From positions 489,676,001-489,740,000 of the forward strand of contig NC_091282.1 in the NCBI RefSeq assembly GCF_032444005.1: a stretch of DNA of 64,000 nucleotides, in the 5' to 3' direction. The notes under the pieces are model-generated. The model was not told the origin of the DNA. It worked only from the letters and a program-made list of their open reading frames with translations, and did no database searches. Numbering within the stretch: position 1 is the first letter of the stretch; each line of letters opens with the position of its first letter. The position numbers were made by a program, and so were the translations under genes. Shown here in pieces: positions 12,509 to 22,616 of this stretch. Origin of the DNA: Ranitomeya imitator (taxonomy: Eukaryota).

Positions 12509-13175
12509 TTGTCCTCATATGAACTCGAGCCTGGGAGCTTTCTAGGAAAGTTCCCACGATCTATGTGTCTACTGACAGTATATACAGGTCCTTCTCAAAA
12601 AATTAGCATATAGTGTTAAATTTCATTATTTACCATAATGTAATGATTACAATTAAACTTTCATATATTATAGATTCATTATCCACCAACTGAAATTTGT
12701 CAGGTCTTTTATTGTTTTAATACTGATGATTTTGGCATACAACTCCTGATAACCCAAAAAACCTGTCTCAATAAATTAGCATATCAAGAAAAGGTTCTCT
12801 AAACGACCTATTACCCTAATCTTCTGAATCAACTAATTAACTCTAAACACATGCAAAAGATACCTGAGGCTTAAGGTACCTTCACACTGAGCGACGCTGC
12901 AGCGATATAGGCAACGATACGACCAAAAGGCGATCGCTGGAGCGTCGCTGTTTAGATCGCTGTAGAGACGTCAAACACACCAACGTTCGAACGATGCCGG
13001 AGCGATACAGTGACGTAACAGCGACTCACGGATCGTTGTCGCTGGTTGCTTGCTTCACGTCAAACAGCAGTGGTTAACGATCCGATGAATTGGCAGCGTA
13101 GTCAGATAGGTGTCACCCAGGTGGGTGACACCCAGATAGGTGTCACCCAGGATGTGACGTCCCGGCGTCTCAGAA

Positions 13176-13370
13176 TATAAACCGCGACTCTACAGCGATT
13201 GATTCACATTGTTCGAGAGCTGCGTATGCCTGTTTTTCCCTGCATTTCTAGCGTCCTGTCCGGAACGATCCTTCTCCAGCTACGATCCTCTTCTACCGTG
13301 AACGTTCTGTTCGGAACGCCGTACTCCACTGCCGGCGTCTTCATCGGTTCTTTTATTGCTCATCAACGGT
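13176..13370 (+). promoter_or_regulatory. Predicted TATA promoter and non-coding first exon of the transposase gene
   Basis: TATAAA at 13176-13181; donor cg/gtatgt at 13369; strong polypyrimidine acceptor ctttctcag at 16259, six bases before the transposase ATG. Inferred, no transcript data. Confidence 0.5.
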
Positions 13371-14148
13371 ATGTTCAATTTTTTTTTTTTTTGTATAGTA
13401 ATGGCTGTGTAGTAATGCTAGACGCAATGCTTATCTAAAGTATATGGTATAGTAATGTATAAAACATATCTGGCAGCTATCTTGTGCATCTGGTAAGCGT
13501 ACACACAAGATGGAGGCACTTTCGGATGCAGTTTGCAAACTATTTGGCGCTGTGTAGCATTTTTTGCGCAAACTATATGGTAAGGCCAACCAACTCTTTT
13601 GTGTCTACCTTGGCTTAGCTGTCCCTGGCCTGCTCCGCAAGTAAATAAAAACAGCTCACAACTGGTAAACTAAATTTTTTTTTTTCACAAACTGACCTTA
13701 TTTTTTTTTGATCAAGAGACAATCACTGTCACGCTATCTATATTCATCAAGTACGGTGTCAGAAAAATGAATTCATGATAAACATATACAGGCTCCTGAA
13801 TTCACTATTTCTGACACCTGGCAGGTGAGCATAGATATGTACCGTGTGACAACCATTGTCCCCTCAATTTGTGTGATTATGGAGATGCATGTAATATTTT
13901 TGGCCCACCTCATATCTGTATACTACAGACACACCAAGCTGCAGTCTTTTCATTTTTAACTACTGGAGATATTATGTGGGCCAAAAAGTGTGTGTGGCGA
14001 CGTTTCTTGGCGCACGGTGTGTTGCCGGTGGCTATAGACACAATAAACCAAACATAATTGTGTCAAATCAAACTTTTTTTATGTTGTTAACTGAAAAATA
14101 ACAAGTAACAGAACAATATCCCAAACAATGAAAGAAAAAAAAAAAAAA

Positions 14149-15753
14149 TCAGAACCTCCCACGCCTCAAGAGGTGTCGCAGCGTGCGGCCATGTTGCTGT
14201 ACTTGTTGCAGCATGAGCGCTGCTGTCCGCTCCAGGCGGTCTTGCTTGGCCAGCAGCTCTCTCACGGTGTCCGGTTCTGTGATAGAAGAGGTTGGAGAAT
14301 GGACAGTGATAAAGCTGCAACGGTGGCATGTGTTTACATAACCAGCAATTTTACCGTACCGTCAAAAATAACGATTTTTGTAACGATATCTTTGATTTCT
14401 GTGAAGTTTCAACGATATTGTTAACGCAATCGTTCTGTGTGACAGCGACCCAGCGACCACACAGTGACTTACCAACGATCACGACCAGGTCGTATAGCTG
14501 GTAATGATCGTTAGTAATTCGTTTATTGTAAAATGGTACTTGTAACTACACACTCAATTTTCTACTGCCCCAGAGGGCTTTTTTTAGGTTCAATGTTTTA
14601 GGGTCCGTTTAGTCGTTGTCAAATGTGACATCCCACCGATAACCCCCTCCCACTTTCTCAATACTTACGGAAAAGGGACGCCTGTTGCTCATCCGCGGAG
14701 CTGCTGACCACCCATCCCCTGGCTCGGGCCACAGCTCCTGCTGCTGAAAGGAAGCAAATACATATCTGGTTAACAATTGAACTCACTGTGGTGAAGCGCT
14801 CGCTGGTTTTGTCACTTACGAATGCTTGTCGCTGGAGAGAATGACGCCGACCCGGGGGAGGAAGATGGGTGTTGAAAGGGCGGGGTTGTGGCCTGCGGTG
14901 GGGTTACTGCACCTGTAATGTACACAATATTTAACCTCCCTACTAATGGCCCGTATGGCGTCATTAAATTCTAAAAAAGGGTGGTTAACTTACGTGACGA
15001 CACTGGCTGTGGGCTTCCGCTGCTAGCCGCTGTACTGCTGGCTGCAGTGGGTGCTGTCCTCTGCCGGCGGCGTCTCTCTACACCCCAAAAAAAGACACGC
15101 AAGGTTTAGACACCAGAAGTACAGAGCTGTCGACTTAAATAAAAAATTAAGTAGGCGCCATCGCAATTGCCAGACATGAGGGGTAACTTACGTGACGGCC
15201 CTGGCTGTGGGCGTACGCTGCTGGCCGCTGTAGTCCTCTGCTGGCGTTGTCTCTCTATACACAAAAAATAAAGAAACACAATGTTTACACACCAAAGTAC
15301 AGAGCTTCCGACACCCCCACAAATAACAAACCTAGGCCAGTGGCATAAAGGAATAAAATTTAAATTTAACTCCCCAAATCGAGGTACATATATAGAAGGT
15401 GGGAAGCGCCACACGGCAGTGCGAGTGTCCCTATTCCCCCCTCCCGATACTGTGTGTCTCCCAATTACACTATACTGTTACTTGCCTTGCCTGGTCTCTG
15501 CCCGCAACGTTGCCAGATAAAGTGGCTGTTTGTACCGGAGGTCGGCCCACTTTTTGCGTAGCTGCAGCGCACTGCGCCGGATGCCGAACCTCCGCTCCAT
15601 CTTCTGGGCAATGTGGCGCAACACCTCATTCTTATGTAGATTTGGGTGTGCTGGGCGACTCTCCCGGCCCTCATAGTCCATGGCATCCATTTTTTTTACA
15701 AAAAAGCGGACCTCTGTCTGCCCCAAAGGAGGACATCGCTGTCTCGCCGCCAT
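14149..15753 (-). CDS. Predicted 6-exon Myb/SANT-like DNA-binding protein (236 aa): exons 15753-15486, 15254-15192, 15077-14994, 14912-14820, 14743-14669, 14276-14149
   Basis: Exon 1 reads MAARQRCPPLGQTEVRFFVKKM...KNEVLRHIAQKMERRFGIRRSALQLRKKWADLRYKQ (Myb/SANT-like, MSANTD-type). All five introns are phase 1 (donors GCAAGT, then GTAAGT four times; AG acceptors). The joined frame is open for 711 nt and ends in a coiled-coil-like PDTVRELLAKQDRLERTAALMLQQVQQHGRTLRHLLRRGRF*. Confidence 0.75.
14357..14540. mobile_element. Degenerate MITE of the same Harbinger family inside the last intron of the Myb/SANT gene
   Basis: Ends gtaccgtcaaaaataacg and cgtttattgtaaaatggtact resemble the aggtaccgtcacac TIR. 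Confidence 0.4.
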
Positions 15754-16065
15754 TTTAGCAAGAGAGACGCTGTATGGCACCACCCAGCCACGCCCAGAGG
15801 AGGTCCTTGATTCTACCGTTCTGACGCGCAATTCGCAACGCTATAGCGTCTCCATTTATGCACACCGTCGCGGGTGTGACGTCGGCTCCAGAAGTCACTA
15901 TTTGGCGTTCCCGTTATAAATCAGCAGCGCTCATCGTCCTGTTTGTTTCAGTGGATGGTACATTTAATGGAGGGTATCTATGGGGTATGGCTGTTGTGTT
16001 AACGTTGCTTACAATTAGCCATGTATATCTCTGTGTATGTATATATGTATGTGTGTGTATGTATG

Positions 16066-16067
16066 TG

Positions 16068-16104
<37 letters not shown>

Positions 16105-16114
16105 ATATATATAT
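16066..16114. repeat. (TA)n microsatellite
   Basis: Run of ta repeats, directly visible. Confidence 0.95.
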
Positions 16115-16265
16115 AGTACCTTACATCCTATGTTAACATTTTTGTCAAATGGTGCAGCATCGGTGACGCAACGGAGAATGCATTACAGTATTGGATGTCT
16201 TGTGTAAGTTTTGAAAATGATATGTAGTAATTTTTTTTTTTTCTTTTTTCCTTTCTCAGGTTGCC

Positions 16266-17525
16266 ATGTCTCATTCGGATGTACCTGTGATTGTTGCGGC
16301 CGCGTTATTGGTAGAAGCTCACAACCAGCTGGAGGTTCAAGCGCGAAACAATCGTGTAAAGCGTCAGCGCCGCATGTGGACCAAACAGTGGCTGCAGAAG
16401 AGGAATCAATTGTCCCATATGGGCCTTATAAGGGAACTGCAGGATAACAACCCGCATGATTTTCGTAACTACCTGAGAATGTCGGAGGACTCATTTAATG
16501 TCCTACTTGCAGCTGTAGAACCTTATATCAGGCGGCAAAATACACAGATGAGAGCAGCTGTCCCTGTGGATGAGAGGCTGGCTGTCACGCTGCGTTTCCT
16601 GGCGACTGGCAGGTCTATGCAAGACTTGCATTACAGCGCAGCTATATCCCGATCCCTACTCAGCGTCATCATCCCAGAGACATGCAAAGCTATTGTCTCA
16701 GTTTTACACCGCAGTTACATGCCTTTCCCACAGACCCCGGATGACTGGAAAGAGATTTCTAGGGGATTTGAGGAGCAATGGCAGTTCCCGAATTGCGGTG
16801 GGGCCTTGGATGGCAAACATGTACGCATCACCCAACCACCACACTCTGGCTCCTTTTATTATAACTATAAGGGATATTTCAGCATAATTCTCATGGCCCT
16901 CGTAAATGCTAACTATGATTTCATAAGTGTGTCTGTTGGGATTAACGGGAGAGTATCCGATGGAGGAGTTTTGGAGCACACAGATTTTGGGGAACGCTTG
17001 AAAAATAATAAACTTGCCTTGCCGCCCAACAGTGACACAACAGAAAACATGAACTTTGTCTTTGTCGGAGATGAGGCTTTCCCACTGCATCCGAACCTTT
17101 TGAAGCCCTTCTCCCAGAAGACTCTGACACCGGAACGACGAATCTTTAATTACAGACTTTCAAGAGCTAGACGCGTTGTTGAAAATGCATTCGGAATTAT
17201 GGCAAACCGATTTCGGGTTTTCCACACAGCACTAAACATGAAACTAACGTCTATTGACTCTGTGGTGCTTGCTTGTTGTGTCCTCCACAACTTTCTACGT
17301 CGCCGTGATGCCACTGCATACAGCCCTACACAGTATGTAGACTCTGTGGACCAGGGTAACGGAGATGTAACCCAGGGCGAATGGCGTCTAGACGCGCACA
17401 GGGTTTGTGGTTTGGAAAGTCTGGGTTCTGGAAGGTACTGTGATGATGCAACTAATAGCAGGGACAAATACTCTGACTTTTTCAATGGGCCAGGGGCTGT
17501 CCCATGGCAGTATCAACAGCTGTAA
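16266..17525 (+). CDS. Harbinger (HARBI1-like, DDE_Tnp_4) transposase, intact, 419 aa
   Basis: FRNYLRMSEDSF, ERLAVTLRFLATG, catalytic GALDGKH / VGDEAFPL / RRVVENAFG, LACCVLHNFL. Confidence 0.95.
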   Translation: MSHSDVPVIVAAALLVEAHNQLEVQARNNRVKRQRRMWTKQWLQKRNQLSHMGLIRELQDNNPHDFRNYLRMSEDSFNVLLAAVEPYIRRQNTQMRAAVPVDERLAVTLRFLATGRSMQDLHYSAAISRSLLSVIIPETCKAIVSVLHRSYMPFPQTPDDWKEISRGFEEQWQFPNCGGALDGKHVRITQPPHSGSFYYNYKGYFSIILMALVNANYDFISVSVGINGRVSDGGVLEHTDFGERLKNNKLALPPNSDTTENMNFVFVGDEAFPLHPNLLKPFSQKTLTPERRIFNYRLSRARRVVENAFGIMANRFRVFHTALNMKLTSIDSVVLACCVLHNFLRRRDATAYSPTQYVDSVDQGNGDVTQGEWRLDAHRVCGLESLGSGRYCDDATNSRDKYSDFFNGPGAVPWQYQQL

Positions 17526-17858
17526 CGTAACTGTTGGCATAACTTATACCATGTATTATGGATGATATTGTTGGGGGGTTCAAGTGCTCTTGTGTAAAAG
17601 TGCTCATTTTTAACAATTTTTGGATGACCCATGATACTCCTTTTTCTGTAATAAATGTGAACATAACGATATATCTATTTGTTATTTCTTATTATTTTAC
17701 ATACATACCAATACATACCAATCAACATATATATCTATGAACATACTCTACTTCTGTATCAATCATATGAAACCTGTGAGTCTTCAGCATCCTATGCACT
17801 AGTGATTTCCTGATGTGTGTGTGTATATATATATTAGTAGATGTTCACCATATTCTAA

Positions 17859-18575
17859 AGGTACCTTCACACTCATCGACTCTGCAGCGATACCGACAAT
17901 GATGTCGATCGCTGTTTGGTCGCTGGAGAGCTGTCACACAGACAGCTCTCCAGCGAGCACCGATCCAGAAGTCCACGGGTAACCAGGGTAAACATCGGGT
18001 TACTAAGTGCAGGGCCGCGATTATTAACCCGATGTTTACCCTGGTTACCGTTGTAAATGTTAAAAAAAAATTACAATACATACTTACATTCACGCTGTAT
18101 AGTCATGTCCCTCGCCTTCAGCTTCCAGCACTGACTCAGCGCCGGGCGTAAAGTACAACGGTGATGTCAACGCTGTGCTTTACTACCGGACGGCGCTCAC
18201 CAGTCAGTGCGGGAAGCCGAAGGCGAGGGACTTGACCATACAGCGGGAATGTATGTACTGTTTGTTTTTTAAACATTGACAACGGTAACCATGGTAAACA
18301 TCACGTTACTAAGAGTGGCCCTGCACTTATTAACCCAATGTTTCCCTTGTTTCTTGTGACGACATCGCTGAATCGGCGTTACACATGCTGTGTGTAACGC
18401 CGATTCAGCGATGTCAGCGGGAGATTCAGCAACCACAAAAAGTGCTGTACTTTCCCCAGCGACCAATGATCTCCCAGCATACATTACCGTCACACAACAA
18501 TTTAGTTAACGATATCGTTGCTACGTCACAAAAAGCAACGATATCGTTAACAATATAGTTATGTGTGACGGTAAT
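17859..18575. mobile_element. Harbinger-family MITE copy between the convergent 3' ends of the transposase and MADF genes
   Basis: Starts taa|aggtaccttcacac; internal blocks (ggtaaccagggtaaacatcgggttactaag, catcgctgaatcggcg) shared with the MITE at 43279; right end degenerate. Confidence 0.7.
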
Positions 18576-18879
18576 GTATTGGGTATTCTAGCATTTGCAT
18601 GTCCCCGTCGCATATTGCCCAGCAACGTAGTATATTGACCAGCGGCGTCATTTATTGCCAAGCCAAAGAGACACGTAGTACATACACAAATTTAAGAAAC
18701 CAAAAATTTTATTATTTGTATTAAAAATTTTATTATTTGTTATTACAATACTTTTTTAATGTTGATGAGGCATAGGGGATTAATGACCGGGTGCCAGGAG
18801 GATGCCTGCAGGGGAGAAGGCATAGGGGATTACTTGTGGAGCATCTAAAACACAAGTCTCATTTATTTAAACTACAACA

Positions 18880-20180
18880 CTACAAATTTTGGTAGTAAGT
18901 GTCCTTCTCACTGTAGTGGTGCGTGGCTATAGGAGGTCCTTGTGATAAGTCACCAAAAGAAGGGGGTGCAGGTGGTGTCCGGAACTGAGAATTATGTGGC
19001 CCAGGTCTGCGGACAGGAGTGCTGTGCATGGGCTCCTGTTGGTGTCCCCAATAAAAATGGGCACTGGGCTGACGGACGTCAATGCTCAATGTTGATGTGT
19101 CGCATAGTTTTCCTGCGGCTGCCGCGTTCATAACGTCAAACATTATTCTCTCCGCGTGAGATCTTTGGGTATCATCCAGTCTGTTTAAACGTTCCTCAAC
19201 CAAGGATGCGAATGGGGAGAGTTTGGTTGTGACGTGCTTGGACAAGATGCTGTTGGCCACTGCCAGGAGATCCACAGGTGTGGCTGCTGTTGATTTTCTT
19301 TTTCTAGATGGGCGCAGTGGACATGTCTGCTCCTCGACAGACGGGCTACTGGAGGACTGAGGGGACTGGACATTGTTCGCTTCCGTTGTTTCCCGCTGTT
19401 GCAGAGGCACCTGCAATTACATGAAAAAGAAAAATTTAAAATAAATAACATACAAACGACTCTGCCACACAGCCCTAGAGAGCCCACACCTCCCCAAACA
19501 CCTCTATGCCCATTGGAACCTATGAGGAACAGTTACCTGGGTTAAAAAACAAAGGGGTTAAAGAGCTGTGCAGAACTACATTGGCCGGCAATACTGTACG
19601 AATGTGCGGAAGACACAATATGTTAATTACGGACACAGGAAGTGGCAGCTGTTATCATCAGGGGGATTAAACATGAACAACGTGACTCACTATTACTGGA
19701 AGCCATGCAGTCTCATAAACATACAAGACACACGGCATGCTACAAGAAGGGAAGCTTGGGGCTACTTACATGGTCGTCAGGAGACTCAGGCAGGATATCT
19801 TCGGGCGATGGCTCACAAAGGCTAGTCACAGTCTGGCACGGGCGAGGGATTTCTTGGTCTCTAGTGAATGCCATCAGGTCGTAATACCACAGCCTGGGCA
19901 CATAGACTTCCTCAGTTCCGGCCCCAGACTTCTTAGAATTTTCCACTTTGTTGACCTCTTTTTTGAAAACTGTGCGGAGAGCCTGGATCTTTTTCCTCAC
20001 AATGTTTTCATCCACGGTCTCTGTGGGATGATACTCCCTGTAGACGGCCACCAGCTTCTCATACGCTTCTCTCTTCATGTAACGGTTGCTATAATCCTTA
20101 GATTTTATCTTCCACAAACAGGGCAGGGAGCGGTACATCTCTATGAGTGCCCGAACACAGTCCTGCTCATTTGTAGACAT
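18880..20180 (-). CDS. Predicted 2-exon MADF-domain DNA-binding protein (313 aa): exons 20180-19770 and 19410-18880
   Basis: MADF signature LIEMYRSLPCLW...YSNR...AYEKL...VRKKIQALRTVFKKE...SGAG...YVPRLWYYDLMAF; phase-0 donor cat/gtaagt joins phase-0 acceptor tgcag/gtg; C-terminal helical segment FASLVEERLNRLDDTQRSHAERIMFDVM. Confidence 0.85.
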
Positions 20181-20642
20181 CTTTAAAAAATAAAAAAATA
20201 AAAGTTAAGAAACAGCAAAAAATAAAAGTTTGATGAGCCGTATGCCGTTCCTATTGTTATCAGTCATTTTTTGTATGGGATGGTCCGTGGGACTATTTCC
20301 ACCATTTAGGGGATGGGATGGGGGCCGTTTGTGTGTTTCCTCATAGCCACCATTTGGGGATGGGATGAGGGCTATTTTTATCCATTTTGAGCGTTGAAAA
20401 ATTTGTAAATTCTATTGGTTGCTATTTTGTCAATGGCCAAATTCATGTTGGTGAAACACACCATACTACAAAATCGTTTGCATTACCACTTAAAAGGGAA
20501 ATACTACGACGCTAAAGCGTCTTTGGTTATAAACGTGAAAGCTCTAAAAAAATCACTGCTGAGATGTAGTATACATCTATTTCTATACACATAAATTAGT
20601 ATTGCTGCATGGCAAATGAATACAGCACAAGGATATACTCAC

Positions 20643-20832
20643 CGTAGATGTACTAATTGAGAACGCTGCAGAGTTGAAGATCTACAAACAGGTCGCTCAA
20701 AAGTTACAGCCAAGACGCCCACGAGTTGATGGAGAAGGAACACGATGGATTTCGAACCAAGACGCACACGAGATGCTCGTGGATGGCAGAGTACGCACAA
20801 GTGATTGAAAAGTTGTAAAGTCGCGGTTTATA
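20643..20832 (-). promoter_or_regulatory. Predicted TATA promoter and non-coding first exon of the MADF gene
   Basis: TATAAA at 20832-20827; donor cg/gtgagt at 20642; acceptor ttttttaaag immediately before the ATG at 20180. Confidence 0.55.
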
Positions 20833-20899
20833 TTTCGGAACGCAGGTACACATGACCCCGATGTGACCTATCAGCGTTCTCAGTGAGACGTAACAACAA

Positions 20900-21320
20900 A
20901 GCCATTTGAAATATATAACGTTATGGCGTCACCTTTTGTAATGTAATAATGTGATTTAAAGGGGTCTTCTTTTGTAATAGTGATGCATTGTAAATACGCC
21001 CTTACGTAAAGTTCACACCTACCTCCTAGGCTGTCGTGACAGTTGGCGTCACCTTTTGTAATGTAATGTAAAGGGGTGCCTTTTTCAATGTAATAATGTG
21101 ATGTAGGCATCACCTTTTGTCTTTGGAATGCATTTGGGAGTATGGTGATAATTACATTACTATAATAATGTTCACACCATCTCCCAGGCCATTATGACAG
21201 ATGGCGTCTCCTTTTGTAATTTGTAATATATTGGGATCTTCGAAATAATTGCGTATCTATCTACGAGCGACATTGCTAAATTTAAAGGCGTCTCCTTTTG
21301 TAATGCATAACGCCTACCTG
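20900..21320. repeat. Dispersed subterminal repeats ggcgtc(a/t)ccttttgtaat, about 5 copies
   Basis: Copies near 20925, 21046, 21107, 21203 and 21287. Confidence 0.75.
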
Positions 21321-21611
21321 GCCACAACAAGACGCTGCGACGGCCCCTTTCATCGTTGCTGACGTCGTTGCTTTTCATGTCAAACACAACGATTCAGGCT
21401 GATCTAACGACCAAATAAAGTTCTGAACTTTCGGCAACGACTAGCGATGTCACAGCGGGATCCGGATCGCTGCTGCGTGTCAAACACAACGATATCGTTA
21501 TCCAGGACGCTGCAACGTCATAGATCGTTGTCGTTCTCGTTGCAATATTGCTCAGTGTGAAGGCACCTTTATATAAACTCCCTGCCTGGTTCATTACTCA
21601 AAACCCCCATC

Positions 21612-22616
21612 ATGGGTAAGACTAGCGACCTGACAGATGTCAAGAAGGCCATCATTGACACCCTCAAGCAAGAGGGTAAGACCCAGAAAGAAATTTCTCA
21701 ACAAATAGGCTGTTCCCAGAGTGCTGTATCAAGGCACCTCAATGGTAAGTCTGTTGGAAGGAAACAATATGGCAGAAAACGCTGTACAATGAGAAGAGGA
21801 GACCGGACCCTGAGGAAGATTGTGGAGAAGGACCGATTCCAGACCTTGGGGAACCTGAGGAAGCAGTGGACTGAGTCTGGTGTGGAAACATCCAGAGCCA
21901 CCGTGCACAGGCGTGTGCAGGAAATGGGCTACAGGTGCCGCATTCCCCAGGTAAAGCCACTTTTGAACCATAAACAGCGGCAGAGGCGCCTGACCTGGGC
22001 TACAGAGAAGCAGCACTGGACTGTTGCTAAGTGGTCCCAAGTACTTTTTTCTGATGAAAGCAAATTTTGCATGTCATTCGGAAATCAAGGTGCCATAGTC
22101 TGGAGGAAGACTGGGGAGAAGGAAATGCCAAAATGCCTGAAGTCCAGTGTCAAGTACCTACAGTCAGTGATGGTGTGGGGTGCCATGTCAGCTGCTGGTG
22201 TTGGTCCACTGTGTTTCATCAAGGGCAGGGTCAATGCAGCTAGCTATCAGGAGATTTTGGAGCACTTCATGCTTCCATCGGCTGAAATGCTTTATGGAGA
22301 TGAAGATTTCATTTTTCAGCACGACCTGGCACCTGCTCACAGTGCCAAAACCACTGGTAAATGGTTTACTGACCATGGTATTACTGTGCTCAATTGGCCT
22401 GCCAACTCTCCTGACCTGAACCCCATAGAGAATCTGTGGGATATTGTGAAGAGAAAGTTGAGAGACGCAAGACCCAACACTCTGGATGAGCTTAAGGCCG
22501 CTATTGAAGCATCCTGGGCCTCCATAACATCTCAGCAGTGTCACAGGCTGATTGCCTCCATGCCACGCCGCATTGAAGCAGTCATTTCTGCCAAAGGATT
22601 CCCGACCAAGTATTGA
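21612..22616 (+). CDS. Tc1 transposase, intact, 334 aa, DD34E
   Basis: HTH TQKEISQQIGCSQSAVS, FSDESKF, QHDLAPAH, then 34 residues to the E of NSPDLNPIE. Confidence 0.95.
   Translation: MGKTSDLTDVKKAIIDTLKQEGKTQKEISQQIGCSQSAVSRHLNGKSVGRKQYGRKRCTMRRGDRTLRKIVEKDRFQTLGNLRKQWTESGVETSRATVHRRVQEMGYRCRIPQVKPLLNHKQRQRRLTWATEKQHWTVAKWSQVLFSDESKFCMSFGNQGAIVWRKTGEKEMPKCLKSSVKYLQSVMVWGAMSAAGVGPLCFIKGRVNAASYQEILEHFMLPSAEMLYGDEDFIFQHDLAPAHSAKTTGKWFTDHGITVLNWPANSPDLNPIENLWDIVKRKLRDARPNTLDELKAAIEASWASITSQQCHRLIASMPRRIEAVISAKGFPTKY

Larger units (their letters stand above)
12874..21568. mobile_element. Full-length PIF/Harbinger transposon (8.7 kb), TTA target duplication, three predicted genes
   Basis: TIR aggtaccttcacactgagc (12874) / gctcagtgtgaaggcacct (ends 21568); TTA at 12871-12873 and 21569-21571; inserted in the Tc1 leader. 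Confidence 0.92.
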
